DNA of 64,000 nucleotides from Syntrophales bacterium (GTDB lineage: Bacteria > Desulfobacterota > Syntrophia > Syntrophales > UBA2210), in contig CAXXKT010000001.1 in the NCBI GenBank assembly GCA_963662405.2, positions 2,528,001 to 2,592,000 of the forward strand, written 5' to 3'. The number at the start of each line of letters is the position of its first letter. The stretch's first letter is position 1. Position numbers and translations under genes: made by a program. Below, piece by piece: positions 50,631 to 61,044 of the stretch. The notes beneath the pieces were generated by a model. The model searched no databases, had not been told where the DNA came from, and saw nothing but the letters and a program-made list of their open reading frames with translations.

Positions 50631-52436
50631 TTACAATTTATATTTTTCCAGCCGACGGTAAAGAGTAGCTCGTGAGATATTCAATTTTTCCGCGATACTG
50701 TTTTTGGGAAAGTCGTACTTCAGCAACTTTAATATCATTTGACGTTCCATCTCATCAATAGGGACTACTTCAGAATCTATTTTGTTGCCTTGTGAATTAT
50801 AAGCAATTTCAAAAGGCATAAGGTCGAGGGTCAGTTTATTCGTCGGAGCTATATTAATTGCACGTTCTATAATGTTTTGTAGTTCCCTTATATTCCCAGG
50901 CCATGTATAGCGTAAGAAAATATCCAGCACTTTTTCATCAATTTCATCCATCTCCTTGTTCATTTTTTTGCTTATATTTTTTACAAAATGACCGGCAAGA
51001 ACAGGAATATCGCTTTTTCTTCCCCGAAGAGGGATCATTTCCATCGTAAAAACATTAATACGATAATATAAGTCTTCCCGAAAAGCCTTGTTTCGAACCT
51101 GTTCGTGCAAATTTCTATTTGAAGCAGCGATAATACGGACATTGAGTGGAATTGTTTCTCTCCCCCCAATTCTTGTAATGGTCTTTTCTTCCAGAACTCT
51201 CAGAAAATTCGCCTGTAACTCTAATGGCATCTCGGATATTTCGTCGAGAAATATTGTTCCGCCATCAGCCAACTCGAATTTTCCTTGATTTCCTCCTTTT
51301 CTGGAACCCGTAAAAGCTCCTTCTGAATAACCGAAAAGTTCACTCGACATAAGATCTCTTGGTATTGCAGCACAATTTAACGCCACATATGGGCCACGTT
51401 TACGTTCACTTGCATTATGAATTGCTTGAGCGAACACATCTTTCCCGGTACCGCTTTCTCCCAGGAGAAGCACTGTTGAATCACTTCGAGAGGCTAATTT
51501 TGCCAACTTGACAGTGTTAAGAAACCGGGGATTATTGCCAATAATATTTTCGAATTTGAAACTTGCTTTTGCTCCTGTCATCCTGGTTGCCAAAGCTTTT
51601 GCTCTATTGATTTCGTTCAACATTATGATTTTGCCGACCACTTCTTTGTTGTGCGAAAGTATCGAATTGCAGGTAATTGTGTAATCACTGTATTTGTCTT
51701 GTTTGAATATCTTGACCTCAACATCGGTAACTGAATTCCCATTATCGAGAATATTTAGCAAAATATTGCGATTTTCTTTTCCTCTCAGTATATCTTTTAT
51801 ATTCTTTCCTATAATCATGTGACTAGGTAAGCCGAAAATTCCTTTTGTTTTCTCATTTGCGAGGGTAATGATCCCATCAGTGTCAATTGTGATAAGTGCC
51901 TCTGAAATAGATTCAATGACCGTATCCTTAAAATTATTGGCAGTTTGATATTTTTCATAAGTCTTTTTTTGACTAAGGGAATTTTCAATGGCATAGGCGG
52001 CGGCAGCAACCATTCCCAGTGTATGGTAATTTGCTTTTGCGGAAGGAGCTGTCATGTCGAGGCACCCAATGACCTCACCCTTGGTGTCCTTAATTGGTGC
52101 TCCAGAGCACGTCCATTCGCCGGCCTTTCTATTAAAATGTCTTCCGGTAAAAATCTGAGTCGGCTTGCCTAACTCTAAAGCATTTCCTTCGGCGTTTAAC
52201 CATTTGTTTTTGCTGCCCCAACAGGCACCTACAATTACTTTGTATCGCTCCATAATTTTTTTTACAGTTTCATCTCCAATAATCTTCAGGATATACCCTT
52301 CAGAATCAGCTAGTACAATTATGCACTCAGAATCTTTTACAAAATTATATAAATTTTTAATAAATGGTAAACTAATCTGAATCAGCTCATCATTATCTTC
52401 CAATTTTCTTCTTAAATTTTCACTGTTAAGTATCAC
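50631..52436 (-). CDS. sigma54-dependent AcoR-like activator (GAF-PAS-AAA+-Fis HTH); N-terminus possibly eroded
   Basis: GESGTGKD, GAFTGS, FLDEI, WPGNIREL, ISRATLYRRL; strongly AT-rich. Confidence 0.9.
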   Translation of the reverse strand: MILNSENLRRKLEDNDELIQISLPFIKNLYNFVKDSECIIVLADSEGYILKIIGDETVKKIMERYKVIVGACWGSKNKWLNAEGNALELGKPTQIFTGRHFNRKAGEWTCSGAPIKDTKGEVIGCLDMTAPSAKANYHTLGMVAAAAYAIENSLSQKKTYEKYQTANNFKDTVIESISEALITIDTDGIITLANEKTKGIFGLPSHMIIGKNIKDILRGKENRNILLNILDNGNSVTDVEVKIFKQDKYSDYTITCNSILSHNKEVVGKIIMLNEINRAKALATRMTGAKASFKFENIIGNNPRFLNTVKLAKLASRSDSTVLLLGESGTGKDVFAQAIHNASERKRGPYVALNCAAIPRDLMSSELFGYSEGAFTGSRKGGNQGKFELADGGTIFLDEISEMPLELQANFLRVLEEKTITRIGGRETIPLNVRIIAASNRNLHEQVRNKAFREDLYYRINVFTMEMIPLRGRKSDIPVLAGHFVKNISKKMNKEMDEIDEKVLDIFLRYTWPGNIRELQNIIERAINIAPTNKLTLDLMPFEIAYNSQGNKIDSEVVPIDEMERQMILKLLKYDFPKNSIAEKLNISRATLYRRLEKYKL

Positions 52437-52608
52437 GGAAACCTCACAGACCGAAAAGTTAAAGATTTTTACTGCTCAAAAACACTCTTGTATAATTTTT
52501 CATCTTTTTCAGTGTGCTGAACTACCCTCGGCTTGTAGTCGAGAACTCTTCAGTACACCTTGGTTTCCTTGGGACGCATAGAACGTACCCTGTCCCCTTT
52601 TTTACACC

Positions 52609-53685
52609 TCACAGGTAACGGATAGGGTCGAGTTCCTTGCGCCGTCGGATTGATTCGAGGAGACCGATGGTCCCCGTCATCATGTTGTCCCCCCCGGGGG
52701 CGCCGAAGGTGATCGGCAGTCGCGAACCTTCCAGGAGCGCTCGTTTCGGTCCCGTGGCGATCAATACCTCGGCTGAGTCAAAGCCAAAAGAGGTGCGGAG
52801 ATAGGCGCCGTGCCCCCCCTCACGCAGTATCTGTTCATGACTGATTTGTCCGTTCGCGAGGCCAGGGACGAGTTGCTCCATCCGTTCTCTGGTGACGTCT
52901 CGCGTGTGGTATTCAAAGAAACCGGTGATTTCATCGCCTGTGAGGGCGGCGCAGAGCGTGTGCGATGTCGCCACGTCCATGACCATGATGTTCTTCTTTG
53001 CCTGTGCCGAGGTATCCATCGAGGCGCCCACGATAGCCGCCATCCCGCTGTCCATCACGTAGACCTCGTCGGTCGGCAACATACCGACACACGCCGCGAT
53101 AGAGGAGAGGCGGTTCATGGCTGGAGGAACTGCGCCCCCCTCATACAGCAGGGAATGGGGAGAGGGATTTGCGTCCAAAACTGCCGTGAAGATGCTGTGC
53201 CTGAAATCCAGATGGGATACCCCCGGTGGGGGAACCCCGTGGTCCTGGGAACAGACACCCACGACATCGAACGCGAAGGGGACACCGAACCCCGTCACGA
53301 TCTGTTCCAGACGTTCCTGTTGGAGGTCTCCCAGGGTGACGTGAGTATACTGGGAATCCTTTTGCATCTCTTCGGCTGTCTCATCGTCGACGACCCGGAT
53401 ACCCGAGGAGCGGACCCGCTCGATATCGTGGTGGATGGTGGCGGCCGCAGAGGCAGACATGACTACTTCATGATCCCGGGCCCGTTCTATCAGTACGTTC
53501 GATATCGCCCCGCCCCCCATTTCTGCTCCCGTTACCAGGAGTGAGCCCTGGGTTGCCGCCACGGTTTCTGCCAGATCCCTCACCGGTGATTTCACGACTG
53601 CCTTGTAGGGGGTCTGCGATGCCGTATCGTAATAGAGGATATCCATGGTTCCGGCGCCGATATCGATCATCAGGAAACGGCTCAC
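52609..53685 (-). CDS. DUF1786 family protein
   Basis: IDIGAGTMDIL, QDHG, FFEYHT, EGGHGA, GDNMMTGT motifs. Confidence 0.85.
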   Translation of the reverse strand: MSRFLMIDIGAGTMDILYYDTASQTPYKAVVKSPVRDLAETVAATQGSLLVTGAEMGGGAISNVLIERARDHEVVMSASAAATIHHDIERVRSSGIRVVDDETAEEMQKDSQYTHVTLGDLQQERLEQIVTGFGVPFAFDVVGVCSQDHGVPPPGVSHLDFRHSIFTAVLDANPSPHSLLYEGGAVPPAMNRLSSIAACVGMLPTDEVYVMDSGMAAIVGASMDTSAQAKKNIMVMDVATSHTLCAALTGDEITGFFEYHTRDVTRERMEQLVPGLANGQISHEQILREGGHGAYLRTSFGFDSAEVLIATGPKRALLEGSRLPITFGAPGGDNMMTGTIGLLESIRRRKELDPIRYL

Positions 53686-53735
53686 ATCGCTTCTCCTTTG
53701 GATTCAATCAGGTATGAAGAAAAATCATTCGCGTT

Positions 53736-54482
53736 TTACCGGAGCGCCTCTTTGTTGAAGGTCGAATCGCTGATGCCTTTATTGTACTCCAGCTCACGAA
53801 TCTTCAGCTCGGTCCGCCCCTTTCCATCCGCCCGGGTCATCGTGGTGGAAAAGGGGGTCAGGATCCCATCGACCGTTCTGATATCGTGATTCTCAAGGTA
53901 TTTGTGGAACTCCTTTTTCTCGTAGAAATCGATCCTGACGATACAGTGATCCGCTTTGCGAACATACAATATCAGTTTGCTGTAGACCTTTTCGCCGACC
54001 TCCTTGATCGCCTCTACGGCGTAGCAGCCATCCCCGACGGCCGTGGCCTCACCCAGCAGTGTATACGTATAGTCGTCGATGTCCCGTGAGCCGATATCTT
54101 CGTAATAGAAGTGGGAGTTGACAAAGGGCTTTCCCTTGTCGGACGAGGCGATACGTTTGACCCGCCCCGAGGAGAGACGGAGCCACTGATCGTCATCAGC
54201 GCCCTTGTGCGCGTGGGTCAGGAGCTTGATCTGTGTGGGCCGAGTGAAGGATATCAGGATTTTGTCCTCGTTGTGTGGATACTGTTTTGATCGGCTTTCG
54301 AACTCCTTTTCCGTGATCCGATCACCCTTGTGTATCAGCATCTGGACAGTACTCACCGTGGTGTCGGCCTCAGGGAGTGCTTCGTTTCTTTCCATGATCT
54401 CCCTCCCCGTGAGGGCGAAGACGGGAGTGGAGAGGAAAAGGACACACATAATGAGACAAAAGGCCTTGCATCGCATAGTCAT
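53736..54482 (-). CDS. Outer-membrane lipoprotein-sorting (LolA-like) protein
   Basis: Signal peptide, DDDQWL, VKRIASSDKGKPFVNSHFYYED; downstream of MMPL. Confidence 0.85.
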   Translation of the reverse strand: MTMRCKAFCLIMCVLFLSTPVFALTGREIMERNEALPEADTTVSTVQMLIHKGDRITEKEFESRSKQYPHNEDKILISFTRPTQIKLLTHAHKGADDDQWLRLSSGRVKRIASSDKGKPFVNSHFYYEDIGSRDIDDYTYTLLGEATAVGDGCYAVEAIKEVGEKVYSKLILYVRKADHCIVRIDFYEKKEFHKYLENHDIRTVDGILTPFSTTMTRADGKGRTELKIRELEYNKGISDSTFNKEALR

Positions 54483-54491
54483 TTCCCTTTC

Positions 54492-57170
54492 TCAGTCGCG
54501 GTTTGCGGTGTCATTCTGTTCCATTCCGAACAGTTTGTCAATGTTCAGGTGTTTCCATATCCTCGAGGTGTCTGCCGGCCTGTCGAGATTGATCCCGGTG
54601 GCCTTGATGACGGACGGAAGCACGAGGAGCGCCCCGATCGTCGTGTTGATCATCGTGGTGGCCGTCAGGACGGCGAAGAGGGCGATGGGGTAGAATTTGG
54701 AGGTCGTCAGGACCGAGAATCCGAAGACCAGCGCCAGTGACGTGAAGAGGATCGCCTTTCCGGATACGGCGAGGGTGCGCCGTATCGTCTCGTCCACGTC
54801 CCATCCCTTAGCCCTGTTGTGCCGAAAGGTATTGAGAAAATGGATGGTGTCGTCCACACCGATCCCGATGGTGATGGCGGCGATGACGGATGTCGCCACA
54901 TCGAGGTTGATCCTCAGCCACCCCATGATGCCGAAGTTGATGATGACGGCCACGCTCATCGGTATCAGGGCCAGGGGGCCCGCCTTGATCTGCCGGAAGA
55001 GGATGATGACGATCAGGCCCACGACCACGAGTGAGAGGAAGAGACTCTGGAGCTGCCCCTTGACGATATAGTGGGCCAGTTTGACATTGATCATGGGGAA
55101 GCCGCTGATGGTGTAGGAGACCCCCGGCGGGAGGTGCTCATCCAGGTAGTGTCCTATGTCGCCGGCGATCCGGTGGATCTCCGTCGTTCCCACGTGGTAA
55201 TCTTCCTTTTCGCACAGCCTGGCCATCAGGTTGCAGTGTCTGTAATCGATATCGACGAAGGGTTCGAACTCGTCGAACCGGCCGTCGGAGTCATCATCCG
55301 TCCCCGAGTATATCTCCAGGTAGTCGATGATATCCCACCGGTTCTCGGGTATGCGGTAGAAGGAGGGGTCATTGTTGTTCATCGCCATGTGCATGGTCTT
55401 GATGAAGTCGGAGAACGATTCGGTCCTGCCGATATTGAGATGAGGATTTTCGTCGGATACCAGCCACTCCCTGAATTCTTCGATCATGGTGAGGAAGACG
55501 GGATCCTTGACACCGTCGACCGCGCCCGAATCGATCACGATGTTATATCCCCATCCTCCGCCGAACTTGGTGCCGATGGCCTGCGTCTCCACCTTGACCC
55601 GATCGTGTTCCCGGAAGTAGTTCAGGAAGGCGGTCTCGATCCTGATCCGGAAGATCCCCGCCACGGAAACCACGATGAGTATGACGACAACGACCAGGAC
55701 CGCACGATAGTGACGGGTGGCGCCCCGCGCCATGAGCGAGATGATACGGTCGACCACTGTCCGGGTGGTTTTGTTCTCCTTGAACAGGGCGGACGGCCGT
55801 GTCCCCGGCAGGAGGACGAGACAGGCGGGGATCAGTGAGCAGGAGATAAAGACGGCGAAGAGGACACCGATGGCGGAGGCGATTCCCCATTCCCGGATGG
55901 CCGAGACCTGGCTGGTCGCCAGCGTCATAAAGGCGATAAAGGTGGTCAGGCCGGCGAGCAGAACGGTCAGGGATATGTGAGTCATCGATTCGTAGAGCCC
56001 GGCGCGTCTCTCCATCCCCATGATGGTGTCGAAGTCGGCGTAATACTGGTTCAGGAGGTGAATGGCGTAGGAACTCCCCACGGCGATCATGAGGGGGGGG
56101 ATCGAGACGCCCACGGGGGTGATCCGGTAACCGATGTACCCCATCAGACCCAGGATCCACAACTCAGCCAGTCCGAGCGTGACAAAGGGGAGTAGCACCC
56201 CCCGGATTGACCGGAAGTTGATGTAAAAGACGATGATAACAACCAGCAGGACGAGGGGGATATTCCGAAAGAGGTCTGCGTGCATGTAGATGTTGATCCA
56301 CATGTTCACGACGGGGACGCCCGACGATATGATATCGAGACCGCTGCGGTAACTGTCGACTATCTCCGTCATCTCCCGTACGGGCGGGTCCTGATCGTCG
56401 AGGTTGATGAACGTGATAATGAGGCACAGGTCGGTTATCTCGCCGGTTTTCTTGTTCACGCTGTAGAGCCCTGTTTCAAAGGAGGGGTTTCGCTTCAGCT
56501 TCTGCCTGAAGGTGTCGAGTTCTTCCGGGGACGAGGGGAGTATCCGCCGTCCCTGCTCGTCCTCCTCCACGAGGTCGTATGTTGCAAGTGTGTCGTCCTC
56601 GCCGGTGATGTCTTCGGTAGTCAGGGGCGAGACGATCGTATCGACGATCTCCTGCCGCTTGAATTCCGTGGTGTTAAGAATCCCGGTTCGCAGCCGTTCG
56701 AATCGGCGGCCGCTTATCCGGTCAACCGCACCGAAGAGCTTTTCCATCTTCCGGGCGAGGAGCCTCCTGAATGGTGGATCGTCGGCGAATGCCGCCAGGA
56801 GGTCAGCGGAGGAGATCTCTCCCCGTGAGGCGATGGCGTCGAACTTCTTCAGACGGGCTTCTTCACGCTCTTTGTTGAAATCCGTGTATTCCTCCAGGTC
56901 GACAACAAGGAGATCGAATCGGCGGAGAAGCTCCGGGTCCTGCAGATCATCGATAGAGACGCCCATGATGGCGAACCGGCCGTTATCGCCGTAGATCTCC
57001 TTCATCCCTTCGTAATAGAGATATTCACGGTCATGTTTGGGGATGAAGGATTCGACGGAATTGTCAAACGCCAGCCGGCCGATCCCGGGGACCAGGGAAG
57101 CCGTCAGTATGACCAGGATAATCAGGATGGGCAGTGGTCTTTTCAGAACGAAGCGGATATATCGGTTCAT
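54492..57170 (-). CDS. MMPL/RND-family transporter
   Basis: Two TM bundles, IAVGSSYAIH and IGIGVDDTIHF motifs. Confidence 0.9.
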   Translation of the reverse strand: MNRYIRFVLKRPLPILIILVILTASLVPGIGRLAFDNSVESFIPKHDREYLYYEGMKEIYGDNGRFAIMGVSIDDLQDPELLRRFDLLVVDLEEYTDFNKEREEARLKKFDAIASRGEISSADLLAAFADDPPFRRLLARKMEKLFGAVDRISGRRFERLRTGILNTTEFKRQEIVDTIVSPLTTEDITGEDDTLATYDLVEEDEQGRRILPSSPEELDTFRQKLKRNPSFETGLYSVNKKTGEITDLCLIITFINLDDQDPPVREMTEIVDSYRSGLDIISSGVPVVNMWINIYMHADLFRNIPLVLLVVIIVFYINFRSIRGVLLPFVTLGLAELWILGLMGYIGYRITPVGVSIPPLMIAVGSSYAIHLLNQYYADFDTIMGMERRAGLYESMTHISLTVLLAGLTTFIAFMTLATSQVSAIREWGIASAIGVLFAVFISCSLIPACLVLLPGTRPSALFKENKTTRTVVDRIISLMARGATRHYRAVLVVVVILIVVSVAGIFRIRIETAFLNYFREHDRVKVETQAIGTKFGGGWGYNIVIDSGAVDGVKDPVFLTMIEEFREWLVSDENPHLNIGRTESFSDFIKTMHMAMNNNDPSFYRIPENRWDIIDYLEIYSGTDDDSDGRFDEFEPFVDIDYRHCNLMARLCEKEDYHVGTTEIHRIAGDIGHYLDEHLPPGVSYTISGFPMINVKLAHYIVKGQLQSLFLSLVVVGLIVIILFRQIKAGPLALIPMSVAVIINFGIMGWLRINLDVATSVIAAITIGIGVDDTIHFLNTFRHNRAKGWDVDETIRRTLAVSGKAILFTSLALVFGFSVLTTSKFYPIALFAVLTATTMINTTIGALLVLPSVIKATGINLDRPADTSRIWKHLNIDKLFGMEQNDTANRD

Positions 57171-57375
57171 AATAACCTGCCGGAAAACGGAAAATATGCA
57201 CCTGTCGTTCCGAAGGAGTACTCGTATACCACGCCGATGTCAAATGATTTTTTATTGCCGGGAGACAAGGGCTCTGTCCACTCTTGCCCCCTTTTCACCC
57301 TTGCTTTTCGGGATGCTGATCATCTACTATGGTTCATATATGTGATCGGTACCGTTTCGATAAGGGGGATGTATC

Positions 57376-58950
57376 ATGAAGATCAGCACTGTGGCAAAGA
57401 TGAGAGATCTGGACTGGACGGCCATCGATAAGTTCGGCATAAAAGAAGAACTCTTGATGGAAAACGCGGGTCTGGCCGCATACGGTGTCATACGGGACGA
57501 AATCGGTGTCAGGAGACGGAGGTTTGTCGTTTTTTGCGGCGTGGGGAATAACGGAGGCGACGGTTTTGTCGTTGCCCGAAAGATTCATTCAAACGGTGGG
57601 GATGTCAGGGTCTGTATCGTCGGCAATCGCAAGAAGTTTATCGGTTCGGCTGCGATAAATCTTTCCATCGCCGAGCGGCTTTCCATCCCTGTTTTGGAGC
57701 TCGGCGATGCCGCCTCCGCCGCGGAGGCCATATCCGGCGCGGATGCCATCATTGACGCGATATTCGGAACAGGTCTTACACGGGAGGTCACGGGCCTGTA
57801 CCGGGAGGTCATTGATCTGATCAACGCCGCCGGGAAACCGGTGATAAGTATCGATATCCCCTCGGGTGTCAACGGCGACACGGGGATGATCATGGGGGCG
57901 GCGGTGAAGGCGGATGTCACGGTGACGTTCGGTCTCCCCAAGGTAGGAAATATGCTCTATCCGGGGTACGACCGGTGCGGCAAACTCTACGTGAGCCACA
58001 TATCGTTTCCTCCCGCGCACTACGATAATGACTCGCTCCGGGTCGAGGTCAATACGCCTCCACCGATCCCCCCGAGAAATGCCGAGGGGCATAAGGGTTC
58101 CTTTGGTGACCTTCTTGTTATTGCCGGGGCCGGCGGCTACCTGGGGGCCCCCTATCTTGCCGCCATGTCCTTTTTAAAGGCGGGTGGGGGGTACTCCCGT
58201 CTCGCCGCGCCGCGCTCGATCGTCCCTCACCTGGCGGTTCGCGGAGGGGAGATCGTTTTTGTCCCTCAGGGAGAGACTGCCTCAGGGAGTATCTCTCTCG
58301 AAAACAGTGAATCCTTGCTTGACCTCTCACGGAAGGTGGACATGGTTGTCCTGGGACCCGGTTTGTCACTCGACGAGGAGACCCAATCCCTTTCCCGCAA
58401 GCTTGCCCGGGGCATAGAGGCCCCTCTCCTGATCGACGGGGATGGAATCACGGCCCTGAGCACGGATCTGAACAGTATCAGAGAGAGGACGGTACCGACG
58501 ATCCTGACTCCCCATTTGGGCGAGTTGTCGCGAATCACCGGGATAGCGGCCGAAGAGATACGGGAAAACAGTATAGAAATCCTGCATAAAACGACCGCCG
58601 ATCTCGGGGCGATCATTGTCATGAAGGGGGCACACTCCCTGATCGGATACCCCGACGGCCGGGTCTTCGTCAATCTCAGCGGCAACGCCGGAATGGCGAC
58701 GGCCGGGTCGGGTGACGTTCTCACCGGGGCGATCGCCGCCATGCTCGGCCTGGGGCTCCCCCTCGATGATGCCGTCAGGAAGGGGGTCTTCATCCACGGG
58801 TTCGCCGGGGACCTCGCCGCCGAATACGAAGGGGAAGACGGGATAACCGCCGGGGATATCATGTCGTATCTCCCGCTTGCCGTGAAAATGGATCGGGAGG
58901 GGTTGGATGATTCTGCCCGCGCGCGATACGAGGGGCCCGTGCCGGTATAG
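57376..58950 (+). CDS. nnr: Bifunctional NAD(P)H-hydrate epimerase/dehydratase
   Basis: LMENAG, GNNGGDG, DIPSG, HKGSFG, TPHLGEL, MATAGSGDVL. Confidence 0.95.
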   Translation: MKISTVAKMRDLDWTAIDKFGIKEELLMENAGLAAYGVIRDEIGVRRRRFVVFCGVGNNGGDGFVVARKIHSNGGDVRVCIVGNRKKFIGSAAINLSIAERLSIPVLELGDAASAAEAISGADAIIDAIFGTGLTREVTGLYREVIDLINAAGKPVISIDIPSGVNGDTGMIMGAAVKADVTVTFGLPKVGNMLYPGYDRCGKLYVSHISFPPAHYDNDSLRVEVNTPPPIPPRNAEGHKGSFGDLLVIAGAGGYLGAPYLAAMSFLKAGGGYSRLAAPRSIVPHLAVRGGEIVFVPQGETASGSISLENSESLLDLSRKVDMVVLGPGLSLDEETQSLSRKLARGIEAPLLIDGDGITALSTDLNSIRERTVPTILTPHLGELSRITGIAAEEIRENSIEILHKTTADLGAIIVMKGAHSLIGYPDGRVFVNLSGNAGMATAGSGDVLTGAIAAMLGLGLPLDDAVRKGVFIHGFAGDLAAEYEGEDGITAGDIMSYLPLAVKMDREGLDDSARARYEGPVPV

Positions 58951-58954
58951 GGGA

Positions 58955-60004
58955 CTATCCGGGAAGCTCGATGTTGAGGGCATATTGGAGAACGATATAG
59001 ACGAGGTATACCCCGAGGAGCCAGACCCCCTGCCACCGCCTGAACCATCCGTCCCGGTTCATGAAGATGAAGGAGCGGAATGAGTAGAGGATGATCAGCA
59101 TGGCCGGGAAGTGGAAGGTGAAGAAGTTTGGTGGTATGGAGAGCGGTCTCACCGCCGCCGATGCCCCGATGACAAAGAGGCAGTTGAGGACGTCGGCCCC
59201 CACGACATTCCCCACGGTGATTTCCGGGTGACCCTTCCGGATGGATGCCAGGGCGGTCATCAGCTCGGGGAGCGAGGTCCCCAGGGCCACCATCGTGGCG
59301 GCGATGACATCCTGGGGGACGCCGATCCGAAGGGCGATCTCCGCCGCAGCGGGGACGAGGATGCGCGCCCCGGCGACGACCATGGCGAGCCCCCCCACGA
59401 TCATCAGCCAGGAGATCCCCACGGCGATCGTTTCGGTGTCATTGATTTCCGCTTCTTCCAAGCCGGGACTCTGTCGGGACCACCGGTAGGCCATATACAT
59501 ATAAACCGCGAGGAGGACGAGGAAGAATAGGCCGACCCATCGCTGAAGGACCGGTTCTCCCGTCGTGGTGAAGAGCGTATAAAAGCCAATGACAACCAGA
59601 AGGGTGGCGACACCGACCTGGACCCACCCCGTTCGATTGAGGATGAACCGGTTGACCGGCATGGGGGCCAGGATGCAGGAAAGGCCGAAGATCAGGCCGG
59701 TATCGGCGACAATCGACCCGACGCCGTTTCCCAGCGCAAGCCCCGGGTTTCCCATCCACGCCGCCATCACGGATACGAATGCCTCAGGTGTGGTGGTTCC
59801 CAGTGAAATAATCGTTGCCCCGATCACGATCTTGGAGAGGCCGGTTCTCTCTGCCAAAGCGACGACACCATCTACCATCCAGTCCGCCCCTTTCGAGAGA
59901 AGTGCGATACAGACGATGATGATGATCACGAGGAGCAACGCCGGGGCCCCTGCCATCAGATCATGAAGGGTATCGGTATTCCACATCCAGCCCACATATT
60001 TCAT
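58955..60004 (-). CDS. Calcium/sodium antiporter (CaCA, YrbG-like); start uncertain
   Basis: Two alpha repeats: GTTTPE..GNGVGS and GTSLPE..GNVVGAD. Confidence 0.9.
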   Translation of the reverse strand: MKYVGWMWNTDTLHDLMAGAPALLLVIIIIVCIALLSKGADWMVDGVVALAERTGLSKIVIGATIISLGTTTPEAFVSVMAAWMGNPGLALGNGVGSIVADTGLIFGLSCILAPMPVNRFILNRTGWVQVGVATLLVVIGFYTLFTTTGEPVLQRWVGLFFLVLLAVYMYMAYRWSRQSPGLEEAEINDTETIAVGISWLMIVGGLAMVVAGARILVPAAAEIALRIGVPQDVIAATMVALGTSLPELMTALASIRKGHPEITVGNVVGADVLNCLFVIGASAAVRPLSIPPNFFTFHFPAMLIILYSFRSFIFMNRDGWFRRWQGVWLLGVYLVYIVLQYALNIELPG

Positions 60005-60287
60005 ATGACAACCATTTCCCGCCGGCGGCTTGCCTCACACAGGTCAGCCCCGGTATGCCGACCCCGCCCTTTTCCCCCACAAGTGGAAGAGGATGCCGGC
60101 GACCGAGCCCATCCGGTTGGTGATGTTCCATTTATAAATTCACGCCGGTTCCACGGCGTTACAGGATGCCGTGGCGCACCCCACCGCGGGGTGATACCCG
60201 GGGCGATGTCGATGACCGGCCGGCAGGGTGTCCACGATGTGGCATATGGGTGCTTCACTGTTCTTCCATCCGTTGCTTCCGAGGATG

Positions 60288-60560
60288 TCACGCCCTGAAA
60301 ATCGTAACGATCCCGATAACGACAAATCCGACCCCCGCAATAATGGAAAGGTATTTCTCGCTGATGTAATTCGAAACGAAAGTCCCCGCAACGACACCGA
60401 TCCCCGACGCGACGATAAGGGCCAACGATGCCCCCAGGAACACGATCAGTTTACTTACTTCCTTGTCCGTTGCGAAGAGCATGGTAGCCAATTGTGTCTT
60501 GTCACCCAGCTCCGCCACAAAGACGGCCGAAAACACCATGGCAAGTGTCTTGAAATCCAC
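60288..60560 (-). CDS. TMEM165/GDT1 (UPF0016) family half-size protein
   Basis: AELGDKTQLAT motif; GTG start after AGGAGGAG. Confidence 0.9.
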   Translation of the reverse strand: MDFKTLAMVFSAVFVAELGDKTQLATMLFATDKEVSKLIVFLGASLALIVASGIGVVAGTFVSNYISEKYLSIIAGVGFVVIGIVTIFRA

Positions 60561-60620
60561 GAAACTCCTCCTTACATGAGATGTCTTGCCCGCGGTCATG
60601 ACAAATCGTGCGGTTGTTAA

Positions 60621-60965
60621 TCAAGCGTCACGATCCAACGACTCCAGGACTTCCAGGGCGAAGCGGGCATGCGCCGTCGCAGGGCCACCCCCCATCTCGA
60701 TTCCCACTTCGATCGCCTCGATAATTTCGCCTTTCGTCGCCCCTTCTGCGGCCGCCTGTTCGATATGCCACTGCATGCATGACTCACAGTTGATCACGAC
60801 CGATATCCCGACAGCGATCAGTTCCTTCTCTTTCCGCTTGAGCGCGCCGTCGGAGTACGCGGCCTGCTCCATATCGAGGAAGGACCGGTATACCTTTGAA
60901 TTCTTCATCAGGGTTGTGTGGGCCTTGTGCCGCGACTTTTTTATCTCTTTGAGTTTGTCCATCAT
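60621..60965 (-). CDS. Carboxymuconolactone decarboxylase/AhpD-like protein
   Basis: KEKELIAVGIS..NCESCMQWH, GGGP. Confidence 0.88.
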   Translation of the reverse strand: MMDKLKEIKKSRHKAHTTLMKNSKVYRSFLDMEQAAYSDGALKRKEKELIAVGISVVINCESCMQWHIEQAAAEGATKGEIIEAIEVGIEMGGGPATAHARFALEVLESLDRDA

Positions 60966-61044
60966 ATTCCTTTATCCTTCATGGCTCGTCGTGGTTTGAT
61001 GCAGGAAAACGCATGCAGCCACGTTCTCACCGGACCGGGACAGA

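Noticed and set aside
52437..52500. Selenocysteine read-through of the TGA upstream of the sigma54 activator
   Set aside because: Not a redox-motif position and no SECIS-like hairpin seen; decay is the simpler explanation
60005..60287. Possible Mn2+ (yybP-ykoY) or Na+ riboswitch between GDT1 and the Ca/Na antiporter
   Set aside because: GC-rich hairpins are present but I could not identify the consensus motifs by eye; needs an Rfam scan
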